Assembly (NCBI GenBank): GCA_001643675.2
Contig: LSRY02000005.1
Span: 496,001-560,000, forward strand
Length of the DNA: 64,000 nt
Direction of reading: 5' to 3'
From: Monocercomonoides exilis PA203
Lineage: Eukaryota; Protista; Preaxostyla
Made by a program: the position numbers and the translations under genes
Shown here: positions 62,601 through 64,000 of the stretch, piece by piece
Position numbering within the stretch: the stretch's first letter is position 1
Layout: every line of letters begins with the position of its first letter
The notes under the pieces: generated by a model
The model's database searches: none
What the model saw: only the letters and a program-made list of their open reading frames with translations
What the model was told of the DNA's origin: nothing

Positions 62601-64000
62601 AATATCGATATCCGAGTTCAAAGCGAAACGTCAGACTGACAAGCACATTTTCATTTGTTGAAGAAGTGAAGTTGAATGAACAGTCATATGAGATTGATTC
62701 GAGCAACAAAGATGTTGGATTGAAAGTTGGAGGAACAGGAACAAAAACACAAGAAGCATTGGTGATGAACAGTGTTTCATCAACATTGACAGGGATATTA
62801 TTTGAATTGGGAGAATCGATTGGAGAGCGATCATCATTTGTTCATTCTTCAGGAGGGACATTGAGATTTGCTGATTGTGGGATAAAGATGGGAAATGAAG
62901 TTGATGCAGTGAATTATGAGTTTGCGAGTGCAAGTGGAGGGACATTATCCATTTCAGATTTCAGCATGGCTCATGTGAAATTTGGAATGAAGGCATTCAT
63001 TGTTATTAATGGAAATGGGGGTGCTTCGATTGAGGATTCGTTGCTTGAGAATGTGGAAACAACAAATATGAAGGGATTGATTGATTATTCATCATCATCG
63101 AGTTCATTGACGATTGTGAATGTGACAGCACAAGAGTGTGTGATGGGAGGGAAAGGGCTGATATGTGATGAAAATGGAAAGAAGCTGGGGATGAGGAATT
63201 GCACGATTATGAAAATGAACAGTTTGGAGGGAAATGGGAGTATTGTGAGTGGAGAAGCTGGAAATGGATGTGCTGTTGAGGTGAATGAAGTTGTGATTGA
63301 AGGATGTGGAACATTGAAGGGATGTGGAGGAGGGATGAGTGTGATATTGAAGGGAACAGGAGAAATGCGTTTGGGAAAGAGTGGAGTGGTAACATCGTTT
63401 GAGAAATGTTCAGCTGGTAATGAGGGATCAGTTGGGGGATATGGAGGTGGAGTGTTGTTGAGATGTGAGGAAGGAGGAAGCAACTTTGTGATGAGTGAAT
63501 TGATATTTGGAAGAGGTGAAGGAGCAAACACAGCTGCACATGGAGGAAACAATGTGTTTGTTGAAGGAGCAAATTTGCCACAGTTGGTGAATAATGTTTC
63601 ATTTGACTTCTCATTTGAGATTGAAGGTGAAGGATTTAATATTGAAGATCTAATGGGAGCAGAAAATGGGAATGAGTTGAGATTGATTCCAGTTGTGGTG
63701 TTCTTTCGAGAGAAACCAAGTGTTGGGTATGTGAATAGGGGAAATGGAGGGATTGACTATCATAAGTGCGGATATGCTGACTTTGCATGCTCCACATTAA
63801 CATATGCAGGAACAAATGTGTTTGGCACATCGCCAGCAACACTGAAACTGGTTGATAGAAGTTCAGTTATTGATGAAATGACACTCAACATTCAACAAAT
63901 GAACATTGATGGAGATATTCCAAAGGCAAAGATTCGAATTGTCGAAGGAGGAGAGGGAGAGGAAGGAAATGAGTTTTTGATAAAGAGCGAACAAGCAATC
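59612..64000 (+). CDS. Second beta-helix/GGG-repeat surface or receptor-family protein, 3'-truncated by the window edge (>1,460 aa)
   Basis: First ATG at 59612 after in-frame TAG 59570. Signal-like MVVVLSGIFYCAWIISAGC. Motifs WDVYDGGIV, SSGGAINMY, GGGIYV, FFHDC...FGHDVCL, CGMNETMPC, CGYEDYPC and CGYADFAC. The same frame is open at 63962-64000. Confidence 0.85.
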   Translation, partial: MVVVLSGIFYCAWIISAGCVCNNFRSDRADLAEKSAKERELDYSEGTWPEKAQNNKIGDGNLYDTYVEGKEGGARETEIQERIMKKYTKQWNEGSGEIRKVQKWSFCDEWKMRGKERMCDGSGVEGSVVVVNSSMKLNLLGLMERGGKSVLRASDGCFVEVSGCVVGVERETSPFDFCGSCGLFTNISLRSFSTGFLQSFPSLFSSKALEGEISEKCHISVCSSHFSSFCVSSAPFISSHFVCLSQLEFFNISTNPSKTRQLGEGLSQTSFLMSGCEFSSVWDVYDGGIVPSLNSPSSSLAASNTSFVRCYRSQNVEVNGSEGNPSKPVRQQITDNGENSFTWCVWNGSNTTGTSFTVSDGVSSGGAINMYSLSSGTLSVKLCLFNDCYASYAGGGIMCCEISSIKIENNSFNSCTTKYNDGGGIYVGSITSCVRISGCEFQKCKASSRGGGLCLNNFNVSGSSCIETENGKGESASVFECSFTSCSLTNSFGGGMFFANVPAAFKMRSLQFLSCSAVSWGGGLDLEPYQSTTPSNNLYCYFLFFHDCRCTDSTPFGHDVCLKDYYNLFSSNNPFQESYTTNNDERRLCYAYYLNDWYYQRTEKKNWLKEGKLLFVGGNGNDLNELCGMNETMPCKTIGYCVNKCNNLISLGISVLVGRHVSEGETISVGEKKISVVGRGKTVSVIGTSALSTSSTMLFSISSGQLEVGHVGIDHNATRSPSPSVFVVSLGSGTLSLEDVVIDSSTSGGSGMTKCVFEVALKQLKTIDVEIKNMKMNQPLFAEPLSAESSSGESVLCNLTIRNVNRTGGDGVAMSKSVKAGEIFVVWNTTMEGCKCMGGSGGGIMIDLSAGAKMRIGSWSTFFGGTVKYNGCKSSGYGGGVMLYLADNSFDFSITSVRFVDCAATLGGKNLFVEAQDLSAVINRTSIGFEPVIEVNEADLNELCGRERNQGDMIVPLVVLLRTFSSPAYVSGREQGSEFRLCGYEDYPCKTIGEASEYRYPSSKRNVRLTSTFSFVEEVKLNEQSYEIDSSNKDVGLKVGGTGTKTQEALVMNSVSSTLTGILFELGESIGERSSFVHSSGGTLRFADCGIKMGNEVDAVNYEFASASGGTLSISDFSMAHVKFGMKAFIVINGNGGASIEDSLLENVETTNMKGLIDYSSSSSSLTIVNVTAQECVMGGKGLICDENGKKLGMRNCTIMKMNSLEGNGSIVSGEAGNGCAVEVNEVVIEGCGTLKGCGGGMSVILKGTGEMRLGKSGVVTSFEKCSAGNEGSVGGYGGGVLLRCEEGGSNFVMSELIFGRGEGANTAAHGGNNVFVEGANLPQLVNNVSFDFSFEIEGEGFNIEDLMGAENGNELRLIPVVVFFREKPSVGYVNRGNGGIDYHKCGYADFACSTLTYAGTNVFGTSPATLKLVDRSSVIDEMTLNIQQMNIDGDIPKAKIRIVEGGEGEEGNEFLIKSEQAI

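Noticed and set aside
59914-63842. Chain of minus-strand ORFs rich in PPP motifs
   Set aside because: Antisense shadows of the GGA/GGT-rich plus-strand gene starting at 59612.

Overview
AT-rich eukaryotic genomic DNA with short spliceosomal introns and the standard genetic code. The gene content, especially two members of a large GGG-repeat beta-helix receptor/pseudokinase family, points to the oxymonad Monocercomonoides exilis or a close relative; this is an inference, not a database match. Ten protein genes are supported, seven with introns reconstructed by hand: a giant WDR81-like BEACH/WD40 protein, a giant DENND6-like Rab GEF, USB1, a coiled-coil protein, a membrane-anchored S41 peptidase, a receptor pseudokinase, Misato/DML1, an SMP-30/gluconolactonase-like propeller, an unknown charged protein, and a second receptor-family gene that runs off the right edge and is missing from the ORF track. 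There is one tRNA-Lys(UUU). The most unusual DNA is the gene-free gap at about 25.0-28.2 kb upstream of the tRNA. It holds a 1,407-bp TA-flanked foldback-like non-autonomous element with 26-bp perfect terminal inverted repeats and mirror-image arrays of 20-21-bp repeats, a 193-bp hairpin element nested in its right arm, and a separate 239-bp hairpin element with a 4-bp flanking direct repeat.
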